Assembly (NCBI GenBank): GCA_002390705.1
Contig: DGQA01000012.1
Span: 5,608-69,607, forward strand
From: Actinobacteria bacterium UBA4426
GTDB lineage: Bacteria > Actinomycetota > Actinomycetes > S36-B12
Direction: 5' to 3'
DNA length: 64,000 nt
Part shown: one piece after another, positions 10,984-18,977 of the stretch
How positions within the stretch are numbered: the first letter of the stretch is position 1
How the letters are laid out: every line of letters starts with the position of its first letter
Notes under the pieces: generated by a model
The model's input: the letters and a program-made list of their open reading frames with translations, nothing else
What the model was told of the DNA's origin: nothing
Databases searched by the model: none
Translations under genes and position numbers: made by a program

Positions 10984-10997
10984 GGTCACATGTGACC
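10984..10997. promoter_or_regulatory. perfect 14-bp palindrome GGTCACATGTGACC in the RR/fliA divergent spacer (candidate operator)
   Basis: The palindrome was read directly from the sequence. A function as a binding site is inference only. Confidence 0.35.
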
Positions 10998-11328
10998 AAT
11001 GTCTCCACTTTCCGGGATGAAATGATCACGGTATGGCGGCCGGATGAAGTTTTCGGTAGGCCCCCGCTTGCAGTTCCTTAGGACATTTTTTCTGGGCCCC
11101 TCGAAAAAGACTCAATTATGTAGTAAAAACCGATTGTATTATCTAGAATTTCTATTTGCCATATTGACATGCTACCGATGGGGGCCGTTAGGTTTGGTGC
11201 TAGCAGTAATTAGGGTCGAAAAGGATTTCGATTAAACTGTTGAGTGGCCGCCACTTGGTGGCTACGGGCATGGAAGCTCATTTAATTTTCGCTTCAGTAC
11301 TTCGGTGCTGGGGTCTAAAGGAGCCGAA

Positions 11329-12237
11329 ATGCAAAACTCAACTTCCTCAGGAGGAAAGCAGACTCTCTCGTCGGAGAAGCAGTTGCTGGTGACCAGCAAT
11401 CTTGCTCTCGTAGGGTATGTAGTCAGCGGCCTCGCCATGAAACTTCCCACGCATATTGATCGAGACGAATTAAGGTCGGCGGGGCTTGAAGGCCTCGTGC
11501 AAGCGGCTCATTCTTTCGCTGAGGACCGTGGGGTGCCGTTTCGCCACTTCGCAGCCCTTCGGATTAGAGGCGCAATCATGGACGATCTTCGACGAAATGA
11601 TTGGGCGTCCCGCTCCGTTCGCCAGGCCGGTCGTGTGCGCGAGCAAGCTGTGGACCACCTGATTGCAACTTTGGGTTCCGCCCCAAAAAAGGCAGAAATC
11701 GCCGAATATATGGGTGTGAGCATCGAGGAGCTCTGCAGCTTGGAGGCGTCCCTCTCCCGTGGCAGCGTGCTTTCCCTCGATGCGGACGCTGCGTCTGGGG
11801 GCTTCTCCTCAAAGGAAGTCGTGGATTCGGAGTCCGGCGGTCCTGAAGAACATATCTTGGAAAGCGAGTTCCAGACGTATCTGAGGGCGGCGGTTACAGC
11901 GCTTCCCGACCGTCTCGGTGTCGTCATCACGCGCTACTTTCTTCAGGGCCACGCCATGGCAGATATTGCTGAGGACCTTGGGGTGACCGAGTCCAGAGTG
12001 TCCCAGTTGCGCGCTGAGGCGCTTGTGCTGTTGCGCGACGGCATGAATACGCATCTTGCTCCCGAAGAGGTCCCGGTGTCAACGAGGCCTGGTGGGGCTG
12101 TGGACCGACGAAGGTCCGCCTACTTCGCGGCCGTTGCCGAAAACCAGTTGATGGGCTTGGATCAACGGCTGACCGAAGAAAAGAAAGCGGCTGCCGAGCG
12201 ACCACTTCAACCAAGTACGGCCGGAATGGCCTCATGA
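11329..12237 (+). CDS. fliA: FliA/WhiG-type (sigma-28 family) RNA polymerase sigma factor
   Basis: Sigma-70 family regions 2-4 are recognisable (VTSNLALVGYVV..., ...GVTESRVSQLRAEAL). AAGGAG lies just upstream of ATG 11329. The gene sits at the head of the flagellar island. A tail of about 60 aa extends beyond region 4. Confidence 0.85.
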   Translation: MQNSTSSGGKQTLSSEKQLLVTSNLALVGYVVSGLAMKLPTHIDRDELRSAGLEGLVQAAHSFAEDRGVPFRHFAALRIRGAIMDDLRRNDWASRSVRQAGRVREQAVDHLIATLGSAPKKAEIAEYMGVSIEELCSLEASLSRGSVLSLDADAASGGFSSKEVVDSESGGPEEHILESEFQTYLRAAVTALPDRLGVVITRYFLQGHAMADIAEDLGVTESRVSQLRAEALVLLRDGMNTHLAPEEVPVSTRPGGAVDRRRSAYFAAVAENQLMGLDQRLTEEKKAAAERPLQPSTAGMAS

Positions 12238-12270
12238 ACACTGTTAGTATCCACGTAAGAGAGGTATGTC

Positions 12271-13044
12271 ATGTCATTTGAAATTGCCGCAATCGGTGCA
12301 AACGGGGTAAACACCCGGCCGGATATTGCCCTGTTGCAAGCCAATGCCACAAATGCGCTGGCAAAGATCTCGGGAGAGGTGAAGGCAGCCCAGGCAGCCC
12401 CGGTTGCCCCGACTAACCCGCCAGTGGGTCTGGTTTCTTCGTTGGCTGCCACTCAAACCGCAATTACGAGCACTCAAAACGCCGTAAATGTCCTGCAGAC
12501 GGCGGACTCGGCGTACACCAATGGAGTCGCCCTTGCCCAGCAAGGCGTGGCTTTAGCTACAGATCGGCTGGCTGCAAGCGGTGACTCAGCGGCGGCCATT
12601 GACAGCCAGCTTTTGGCTGTTCAAGCCGGAATCGACTCTATTGGTGCCAACACCACGTTTGGCGGGGTTCCAGTTCTCGGAAATTCGGTGACTGCCGCGG
12701 TGGGCTCTAACGGCGCCAGCATCACGGTGACCCCTGCTTCCATTGGACCGGTCAACTCCGGGACCCCGGTCCAGCCTGGCAGCATTGCCGAGTTCCAAGC
12801 GGCCGCCGTAGCCATCACTAATTCTCAGTCGGTAAATGCGGGGAATCTGAACTCGATGCAAAACTCGCTTCAGGTTCTCGAGTCCACTGTGGTCAATCAG
12901 CAAGCGGCGATCGGTCAGGCTCTTGATGTGGGTGTTGTGAAAGAGATGATGAACCTGACTTCGGCCAGTATCGGTGCAGACCCTGCCGCCGCCCTGCAAG
13001 CTCAGGCCATGCAAATGTCTGATGCGGTGTTTAAACTCCTGTAA
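12271..13044 (+). CDS. flagellin-like protein, divergent paralog
   Basis: 257 aa. It shares blocks with the two flagellins downstream (LQTADSAY, TVTPA, NAGNLNSMQNSLQVL, EMMNLTSA, AQAMQM). Its N-terminus is atypical (MSFEIAAIGANGVNTRPD...). Only 33 bp separate it from fliA. Confidence 0.7.
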   Translation: MSFEIAAIGANGVNTRPDIALLQANATNALAKISGEVKAAQAAPVAPTNPPVGLVSSLAATQTAITSTQNAVNVLQTADSAYTNGVALAQQGVALATDRLAASGDSAAAIDSQLLAVQAGIDSIGANTTFGGVPVLGNSVTAAVGSNGASITVTPASIGPVNSGTPVQPGSIAEFQAAAVAITNSQSVNAGNLNSMQNSLQVLESTVVNQQAAIGQALDVGVVKEMMNLTSASIGADPAAALQAQAMQMSDAVFKLL

Positions 13045-13108
13045 ATCCGATTATCAAATCGCCTGCTAAAACGCTAAGCGGTGCCGATAAGATGAATGGA
13101 GGTGTGTT

Positions 13109-14170
13109 GTGGTCGCCATAACGTCAATGAACTTGATCGATGTACAAGCCATCGTGTCTAACATCATGGCTGTTGAGTCTTTGCGGGGCGACCGACTCGC
13201 GGCGCAAAAGTCCACTCAAAGTGCGCAAATAGTTGCTTTACAAGAGCTCAACACCAGTATGGCGGCGGTAGGGACGGCCGCTCAAGCCATTACCAGTGCG
13301 GCGAGATGGGTCCCACCTACCACCGCGGTCGCTTTTTCTGACTCTGGCGACGCTGGCAAAGTGTCGGCGTATTCGAGCGCGGGGGCTGTTTCAGGGGCTT
13401 CCCCGTACCCATTCTCCGTCACTTCGATTGTGGGTGGCGGGTCTACAACCGCGACTATCTCGTACACCAAAAATAGTGCGACAGTGACGCAAACATCAAG
13501 CTCGAACACGTTTTCAGGACTGGCAGACTTCCCAGGATTGACGATCACGGTGTCGGGGGTGACTGCAGGGACGGCCACTGTAACTCCCAGCGCGACTACT
13601 TCATCGACTTCGACCGTAATGACAACTGCCGCCCAGAACCTGGTGACGGCTTTGAACACCACGCTTAATTTAATCAAAGTGCAGACCGCGGCAGATGGGG
13701 TTTTGGAAACGAGCTACACCACTAAGGAGGTGTCGCAAAACCTGCTCACCACCGCATTTGACTCAAACACGCTTGCCTCTTTGGCAGATACCGGGATTAA
13801 TTTGACCAGGTATGGATCATTTACCTTTGACTCATCTGTTTTGAGCACGGCTTATGACAACAGAGCATCAACTCCTGCTTCTCTGGACACTATTGGGCAG
13901 GTTGCGGCCTTTGCGGCCCGTGTTGACGCGGTTGCGACAGCGGCAACATCTATCACGGGCTCGTTGTCCCGCGAGGTTTCTTCTGGCCAATCCCGTGTAT
14001 CTGATTTGACCCAACAGATCCTCGACATGAACACTGCTCTCACGCAGCGTGAGAATTCACTCACCGTGTTTTACTCAGAACTCAACGCTAAAATTTCGTC
14101 ACTCCAATCCCAACAAAGCTACTTGCAGACTTCACTAGATGTTTTCGTTAAAGCACTGACCAAAAGTTGA
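13109..14170 (+). CDS. fliD: flagellar filament cap protein FliD (short form)
   Basis: 353 aa with a GTG start after GGAGG. It has N- and C-terminal FliD-like heptad regions (...LTQQILDMNTALTQRENSLTVFYSELNAKISSLQSQQSYL). Its position is upstream of fliS. Confidence 0.75.
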   Translation: MVAITSMNLIDVQAIVSNIMAVESLRGDRLAAQKSTQSAQIVALQELNTSMAAVGTAAQAITSAARWVPPTTAVAFSDSGDAGKVSAYSSAGAVSGASPYPFSVTSIVGGGSTTATISYTKNSATVTQTSSSNTFSGLADFPGLTITVSGVTAGTATVTPSATTSSTSTVMTTAAQNLVTALNTTLNLIKVQTAADGVLETSYTTKEVSQNLLTTAFDSNTLASLADTGINLTRYGSFTFDSSVLSTAYDNRASTPASLDTIGQVAAFAARVDAVATAATSITGSLSREVSSGQSRVSDLTQQILDMNTALTQRENSLTVFYSELNAKISSLQSQQSYLQTSLDVFVKALTKS

Positions 14171-14175
14171 TCTGA

Positions 14176-14589
14176 ATGCAAAAAAATCCGTATCAGGCCG
14201 CCGCCAACTACCGTGACCATGCCGTAACGACCGCATCACCTGCACGAATTGTGGTCTTAGCTTTTGAACGGCTCACCCTTGACCTCGAGCGAGCATTGGT
14301 GGCCCTTGAAAATGGTGAACACCCCCACACTCATCTAATTCATGCTCAAGAACTGTTGATGGCCTTGCTCTCTGGTGTAGATACCAATGCATGGGAGCAC
14401 GCTCACCGCCTCAGCACGATCTACCTCTCCGTTCACCAAAGTCTGATCACCGCGAATATTGAAAAGAACCCAGCCTTAATCAAAGACAGCTTGGTCATCA
14501 TTGTGGGGCTTAAAGATGCATGGACCCAGGCCGAAAGGCAGGCCGGTGAACTTTCATCTGCCCGGCCGGTTCGAGTCGTTGATGCCTGA
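14176..14589 (+). CDS. fliS: flagellin-specific export chaperone FliS
   Basis: 137 aa. The N-terminus NPYQAAANYRDHAVTTASPARIVVLAFERL is typical of FliS. Confidence 0.85.
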   Translation: MQKNPYQAAANYRDHAVTTASPARIVVLAFERLTLDLERALVALENGEHPHTHLIHAQELLMALLSGVDTNAWEHAHRLSTIYLSVHQSLITANIEKNPALIKDSLVIIVGLKDAWTQAERQAGELSSARPVRVVDA

Positions 14590-14896
14590 TCGCGCGCAAG
14601 TTATTGCGGAGTGGGAATGCGCCCTGGACCGAATCGAGTTAGATCTTCAACTTGCTCTTTCAGCAGCGCACGATCCGTTGGCCGGTCCGCTAGAAATCTG
14701 GGACCCACCGGCTGATTTACCCCCCATGCCAGCTGAAGTGGCGGACAGAGTGCGGCGTCTACTTGAACAGCAAGGGGAACTGCTACTGCAACTGGAGTCG
14801 AGCCGACGAAAAATTAGGCGACACCTCCAGTACCTTGACGCGAACGCCGCAAAAGGGATGACCAGCGGCCCACTATTTATTGACACTCAGTCATAG
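14582..14896 (+). CDS. hypothetical protein in the FliT position, translationally coupled to fliS
   Basis: ATG 14582 overlaps the fliS stop by 8 nt. The protein is 104 aa and helical/charged. I recognise no family. Confidence 0.45.
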   Translation: MPDRAQVIAEWECALDRIELDLQLALSAAHDPLAGPLEIWDPPADLPPMPAEVADRVRRLLEQQGELLLQLESSRRKIRRHLQYLDANAAKGMTSGPLFIDTQS

Positions 14897-14963
14897 ATTC
14901 ACCTAACTTTATAGATTTTTCGCGAAATCCCTTAATTGCCAACGGAAATGACCGTTACTTCCC

Positions 14964-14987
14964 CTGAGTTCCAAGGACGGACCTCAG
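14964..14987 (+). promoter_or_regulatory. 5' leader hairpin presenting AAGGAC in its loop (candidate CsrA site 1 of flagellin-2 mRNA)
   Basis: CTGAG-T-TCC [AAGGAC] GGA-C-CTCAG gives 5+3 bp with one mismatch. A second AAGGA (15001-15005) lies inside the SD AAGGAGG of the ATG at 15014. Confidence 0.45.
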
Positions 14988-15013
14988 TTAATGAGTCTTC
15001 AAGGAGGAAGATC

Positions 15014-15760
15014 ATGGCGTTTCAAGTTAATTCCAATGTCGCAGCATTAAACGTATACAACAATCTTGGGGTGCATCAGACGAAGGCCGCTGATTCACTT
15101 GCCCGGATTTCTAGTGGTCTCAAGTCTGCGGGTGCTGGTGATGTATCCAGTGCGGGAACCGCCGCTGTGATCACGCAGAACCGGCAGGCCACCATGAGCA
15201 ACATCAGCCTGGTGCAAAATGCGATCAACCAGCTTCAGGTCGCTGATGCGGTCTACGGTGAAGCGATGGCTCTGGTCTCACAAGGAATTGCGGTAGCAGC
15301 AACAGCGGGCAATGCTGGTGCTGACACGTCGGCCGTTACCGCTCAACTCGTGGCCATAACTGCGGCTGTGGCTTCGCTGAGCACCAACGTCCAATACAAC
15401 GGATCCCGCGCACTTGTCACCGCCGCCGCACCGAACATTGGTGTTGGCGCCTTGACCGTCACACCAGCTACTGTTGCTGCCGTTGCTACTGACAACACTG
15501 CCGGTTACGTGGCTGCTGCGGCCGCGATTGCGGACCTGCGGGCCACAAATGGTGGCAACATTGCGGCGCTGCAGAATGCTCTGCAGGCACTCAATGCCGT
15601 GTCAGCAAATGAGTTGGCCGGTCTCGGTCAAGTCCAGGACACCGATATTGCTACTGAAATGATGAGCTTGACTTCAGCAAACATCATGACCGAAGCTGCA
15701 ACAGCGATGCTCGCCCAGGCAATGCAAATGCCCAACAGCGTGCTTAAGCTGCTCCAGTAA
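15014..15760 (+). CDS. fliC: flagellin (short, about 248 aa)
   Basis: MAFQVNSNVAALNVYNNLGVHQTKAADSLARISSGLK... at the N-terminus and ...VQDTDIATEMMSLTSANIMTEAATAMLAQAMQMPNSVLKLLQ at the C-terminus. A strong SD precedes the start. Confidence 0.9.
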   Translation: MAFQVNSNVAALNVYNNLGVHQTKAADSLARISSGLKSAGAGDVSSAGTAAVITQNRQATMSNISLVQNAINQLQVADAVYGEAMALVSQGIAVAATAGNAGADTSAVTAQLVAITAAVASLSTNVQYNGSRALVTAAAPNIGVGALTVTPATVAAVATDNTAGYVAAAAAIADLRATNGGNIAALQNALQALNAVSANELAGLGQVQDTDIATEMMSLTSANIMTEAATAMLAQAMQMPNSVLKLLQ

Positions 15761-15779
15761 CCTCAGCAGTTCCATTGGC

Positions 15780-15825
15780 CGGTGGCCACAGCGCAAATTG
15801 TGCGCTGTGGCCACCGTTTTGTTTC
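15780..15825 (+). terminator. rho-independent terminator after flagellin-2
   Basis: A 16-bp perfect stem CGGTGGCCACAGCGCA / TGCGCTGTGGCCACCG is followed by TTTTGTTT. Confidence 0.85.
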
Positions 15826-15917
15826 TTGGAAGACGGCACAACTCTTAATGAGGCGCTGACTTCATCGAGAGCTGTGCCTGATTGAGCATAAATATCGTTT
15901 TTCCCCTTTCTTTTCCC

Positions 15918-15944
15918 TCAAGTAGAGCTGAAGATTGCCGAGAC
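15918..15944 (+). promoter_or_regulatory. sigma-28-type promoter candidate (TCAA-N15-GCCGAGAC) for flagellin-3
   Basis: The motif was read in the sequence. It is intergenic, on the same strand as the gene, and about 100 nt upstream of GTG 16046. Confidence 0.5.
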
Positions 15945-16045
15945 GCCCGAGAAGTTGTAATATTGGGTTCCTATTTGCGGTAGAGACCGTGTGTCAGCCC
16001 ACGCAAGGGCTACTTGCACGAAAGTTTCACGAATGAGGGGGAGTT

Positions 16046-16792
16046 GTGCCTTTTCAAATTGGTGCCAATTACCCAGCACTAAATGTCTACAACAATCTTG
16101 GGGTGCACCAGGCGAAGGCCGCTGATTCACTTGCCCGGATTTCTAGTGGCCTCAAGGCTGCTGGCGGTGGTGATGTCGCCAGTGCGGGAGCCGCCACCAC
16201 TTTGAGTGCCAGTATGGCGGCTACCCAAAGCAACATCGGCCTGGTCCAAGCCGCAATCAACACGCTACAGACTGCCGACAGTGCCTACGGTGAAATGATC
16301 GCTCTTGGCAACACAGGGTTGGCACTGGCCAATACACTCGGTGACGCCGGAGTTGACACTTCGGCGATTACCGCCCAATTGGTCACGCTGACAGCGGGGA
16401 TCGCTTCGATCAACACAAATACGCAGTTCAATGGGGTAGCTGTATTGGGCACCGCCCTATCCCCCAAAGTGGGTGTCGGTTCCACGACGGTCACACCGGC
16501 TGCTGCAACACCTCCGTCCGCCAACACTAGCTCCGCTTACACCACCTTTTTGAATGGCACGTTGGATCTTCGGTCAACGAATGCAGGCAACCTTGCTTCG
16601 TTGCAGAACACTCTGCAGGTACTCAACTCAGTTGCCGCGACTGAGTTGGTCGGTATCGGTGAAGTCCAGGACACCGATATTGCTACAGAGATGATGAACT
16701 TGACCTCAGCAAACATTTTGACCGCGGCGGCTACAGCGATGCTTGCCCAAGCAATGCAAATGCCCAGCAGTGTACTCACGCTGCTGAGGTAG
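16046..16792 (+). CDS. fliC: flagellin (short, 248 aa)
   Basis: The N-terminus is PFQIGANYPALNVYNNLGVHQAKAADSLARISSGLK. The C-terminus is VQDTDIATEMMNLTSANILTAAATAMLAQAMQMPSSVLTLLR. GTG start after GAGGGGGAG. Confidence 0.9.
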   Translation: MPFQIGANYPALNVYNNLGVHQAKAADSLARISSGLKAAGGGDVASAGAATTLSASMAATQSNIGLVQAAINTLQTADSAYGEMIALGNTGLALANTLGDAGVDTSAITAQLVTLTAGIASINTNTQFNGVAVLGTALSPKVGVGSTTVTPAAATPPSANTSSAYTTFLNGTLDLRSTNAGNLASLQNTLQVLNSVAATELVGIGEVQDTDIATEMMNLTSANILTAAATAMLAQAMQMPSSVLTLLR

Positions 16793-16814
16793 TGGGTCGG
16801 CTCTGAGCAAAGAC

Positions 16815-16838
16815 AACACCGATGAAGGGTGTTTTTTG
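16815..16838 (+). terminator. weak terminator-like hairpin after flagellin-3
   Basis: AACACC-gatgaag-GGTGTT is followed by a T run. Confidence 0.5.
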
Positions 16839-16978
16839 TGTCCCAGAAAAAGGCTCCAGACGAGAATCCTGAGGATCTCACTGACCAGGGCTGGTTTCAC
16901 TGGCCTAGGGAACAGGCCAAGTAGCTAATCCCAGCATCATCTGTGAACCCCTCATGAGAGAGGTGGTTTTTTTTCACC

Positions 16979-17005
16979 TCAGGTATTCGACGTTTACTCC
17001 GATAA
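16979..17005 (+). promoter_or_regulatory. sigma-28-type promoter candidate (TCAG-N15-TCCGATAA), distal to flgN
   Basis: The motif has the correct 15-nt spacing and sits 47 nt upstream of the second motif at 17052. Confidence 0.35.
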
Positions 17006-17051
17006 GGATTCCATACACACAGTTCCCTTTTTTCTTGGTAATCCGTTATTC

Positions 17052-17078
17052 TCAAGATTCTTAATGATCGGCCGATGA
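17052..17078 (+). promoter_or_regulatory. sigma-28-type promoter candidate (TCAAGATT-N11-GCCGATGA) for flgN-flgK-flgL-fliW-csrA
   Basis: The pattern is exact and intergenic. It is nearly identical to the element at 36881. Confidence 0.6.
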
Positions 17079-17140
17079 GTAAGGTAGTCAGGGAATGGGC
17101 TCAAAAGCCGTTCCCACACACCGACCTTGAGGAGGCAAGC

Positions 17141-17635
17141 ATGGACATGTCCGGGCTTTCCTCCCTGCTATGGCGCGAACGGGATATTCTCGACAATCTC
17201 CTGTTTAAACTCGATGTCCAGCAGCTTCTACTCATGAGCGGGCGATCTGGCTGGTTGGTACGGGCCAGCCGTGAAATTGAGACCGCCTTAGAGCAGGTAC
17301 GAATCATTGAGCTTGAGAGGGCCGTCCGATTCGAACGAATAGCTGAGGATCTTGATTCGACAACGGCTCCAAGCCTGTCGGCAATCGCCGAATCGGCCGA
17401 AGAACCATGGAAAAGCCTTCTGACCGAGCATTACGAAGCCTTTTTAGAGATAGCAGCGCAGATTCAAAAAATTACCTCACTCAACCGTGAGCTCGCTTCA
17501 GCGGCCCAAGTAGCCACCGAAGCAATTCTCGCCGGAATCCAAGGGGATTCGGATCCCGTCTTACATTTATATGCGCAGACCGGTGCTGCGGAAAAAGTCG
17601 ACCGCAAGTCCGTATTTGTCGACGAGGGGCTCTGA
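17141..17635 (+). CDS. flgN: FlgN-family flagellar chaperone (putative)
   Basis: ATG 17141 follows GAGGAGG. The helical protein has an FlgN-like N-terminus (LSSLLWRERDILDNLLFKLDVQQLLL). It lies directly upstream of flgK. Confidence 0.6.
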   Translation: MDMSGLSSLLWRERDILDNLLFKLDVQQLLLMSGRSGWLVRASREIETALEQVRIIELERAVRFERIAEDLDSTTAPSLSAIAESAEEPWKSLLTEHYEAFLEIAAQIQKITSLNRELASAAQVATEAILAGIQGDSDPVLHLYAQTGAAEKVDRKSVFVDEGL

Positions 17636-17636
17636 C

Positions 17637-18968
17637 GTGGCGACCTTCTCAGGAATTTCCACGGCACTGTCGTCATTGCAGGCACAACGCGTTGCCATGG
17701 ACGTTGCCGGACAAAACATCGCCAATGTCAGCACCCCTGGATACTCACGACAACGGGTTGACATGACAGCTGGTGCAATCGGGGTGGACGTTTCTTCAAT
17801 CCAACGGCTCCACAGTGGAATACTCGGAGATCGGGCACGCACCGAAGGAGCACGACTGGGTGACCTCACGGTGACAAGCACCGTATTGAACCAAATCGAA
17901 CAAGTCCTACCGGAGCCGAGTACATCCGGCCTTCAGGCAAAGCTAGATGCACTGTGGACGGGATTCGCGGATATCGCGAGAGACACAAGCAATGCAGCCG
18001 CCCGAATACAAGTAATCGCACAAGCCAACGTGCTCACAGACACACTTAACGATGCAGCCCAGCAATTAACAAATATTTCAGCCAGCCACACAAAAAACTT
18101 GACGAATTTGGTGACCTCAGCAAACTCCTACGCCAAACAGATTGCCGAGCTCAACATTTCAATCAGTCAGACCCCAGAGGGAACAACCGCAATAAATGCC
18201 TTGATGGACCAGCGTTCCTATGCGGCATCTCAACTTGCCGAAGCCGTGGGTGGCACCTACCTGATCGACAGCAGTAACAACATGAGTGTGTCCCTCGGCG
18301 GAGCGACCTTCGTTGGTCCAGCGAATCACTCAACACTGCAAGTTGCCACAGCAGGCGGAACAACATCGGTGCAGTGGTCGAGAAACGACTCAGCAGCTGC
18401 CATTTCAAGTGGAAATGCCAACGGTTACCTCACTGCGATCGCCACCACAATCCCAGCCTGGACGACATCACTTAATGCTGTTGCCAGCGCCCTCGCAACT
18501 ACGGTGAATAATGCTCAGGCTGCCGGGTTTGATTCTGCGGGAACCGCAGGCACAGACCTTTTTACAGGTACCACAGCAGCTACCATCAGCGTCGCATTAA
18601 CCGCCGGCTCAAAAATTGCTGCCTCGTCGGTTGCACCCGCTGGGGGAGTTGCCTCACTCAACGGATCTAATGCGGACGCGATGTCGGCACTGGGAAGAAC
18701 GGCCAATGGAGCTGACGAGCTGTATCAAGATCTGGTCGTATCCCTAGGTTTCGCCGCTCAAGGTGCCCAGCAAACGTCAGAGACGGTGCAGGCTTTCATG
18801 GCGAGCATCACCAGCCAAATTGATTCACAGTCCGCCGTCAACATAGATGAAGAGATGGCGAATTTGCTCACCTACCAGCGAGGCTATGAAGCGGCCGCCC
18901 GCGTCCTTACCGCAATTGACGACGCACTCGATACCCTCATCAACCGCACCGGCCTTGTCGGACGATAG
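17637..18968 (+). CDS. flgK: flagellar hook-associated protein 1 FlgK
   Basis: GTG 17637 begins 1 nt after the last base of the flgN stop codon (TGA 17633-17635). The N-terminus ATFSGISTALSSLQAQRVAMDVAGQNIANVSTPGYSRQRV and the C-terminus EEMANLLTYQRGYEAAARV are rod/hook family signatures. Confidence 0.9.
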   Translation: MATFSGISTALSSLQAQRVAMDVAGQNIANVSTPGYSRQRVDMTAGAIGVDVSSIQRLHSGILGDRARTEGARLGDLTVTSTVLNQIEQVLPEPSTSGLQAKLDALWTGFADIARDTSNAAARIQVIAQANVLTDTLNDAAQQLTNISASHTKNLTNLVTSANSYAKQIAELNISISQTPEGTTAINALMDQRSYAASQLAEAVGGTYLIDSSNNMSVSLGGATFVGPANHSTLQVATAGGTTSVQWSRNDSAAAISSGNANGYLTAIATTIPAWTTSLNAVASALATTVNNAQAAGFDSAGTAGTDLFTGTTAATISVALTAGSKIAASSVAPAGGVASLNGSNADAMSALGRTANGADELYQDLVVSLGFAAQGAQQTSETVQAFMASITSQIDSQSAVNIDEEMANLLTYQRGYEAAARVLTAIDDALDTLINRTGLVGR

Positions 18969-18977
18969 GAACTATCC

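Noticed and set aside
11112-11136. TCAA-N13-ACCGATTG upstream of fliA, a possible autoregulatory sigma-28-type promoter.
   Set aside because: The spacer is 2 nt shorter than in every other copy, and the first base of the -10 box differs. That is not enough to call.
16838-16924. A 28-aa GTG-initiated ORF (VSQKKAPDENPEDLTDQGWFHWPREQAK) lies after flagellin-3, considered as a possible FlgM-like peptide.
   Set aside because: It is too short, its start is embedded in the terminator T-run, and it has no resemblance to FlgM C-terminal helices.
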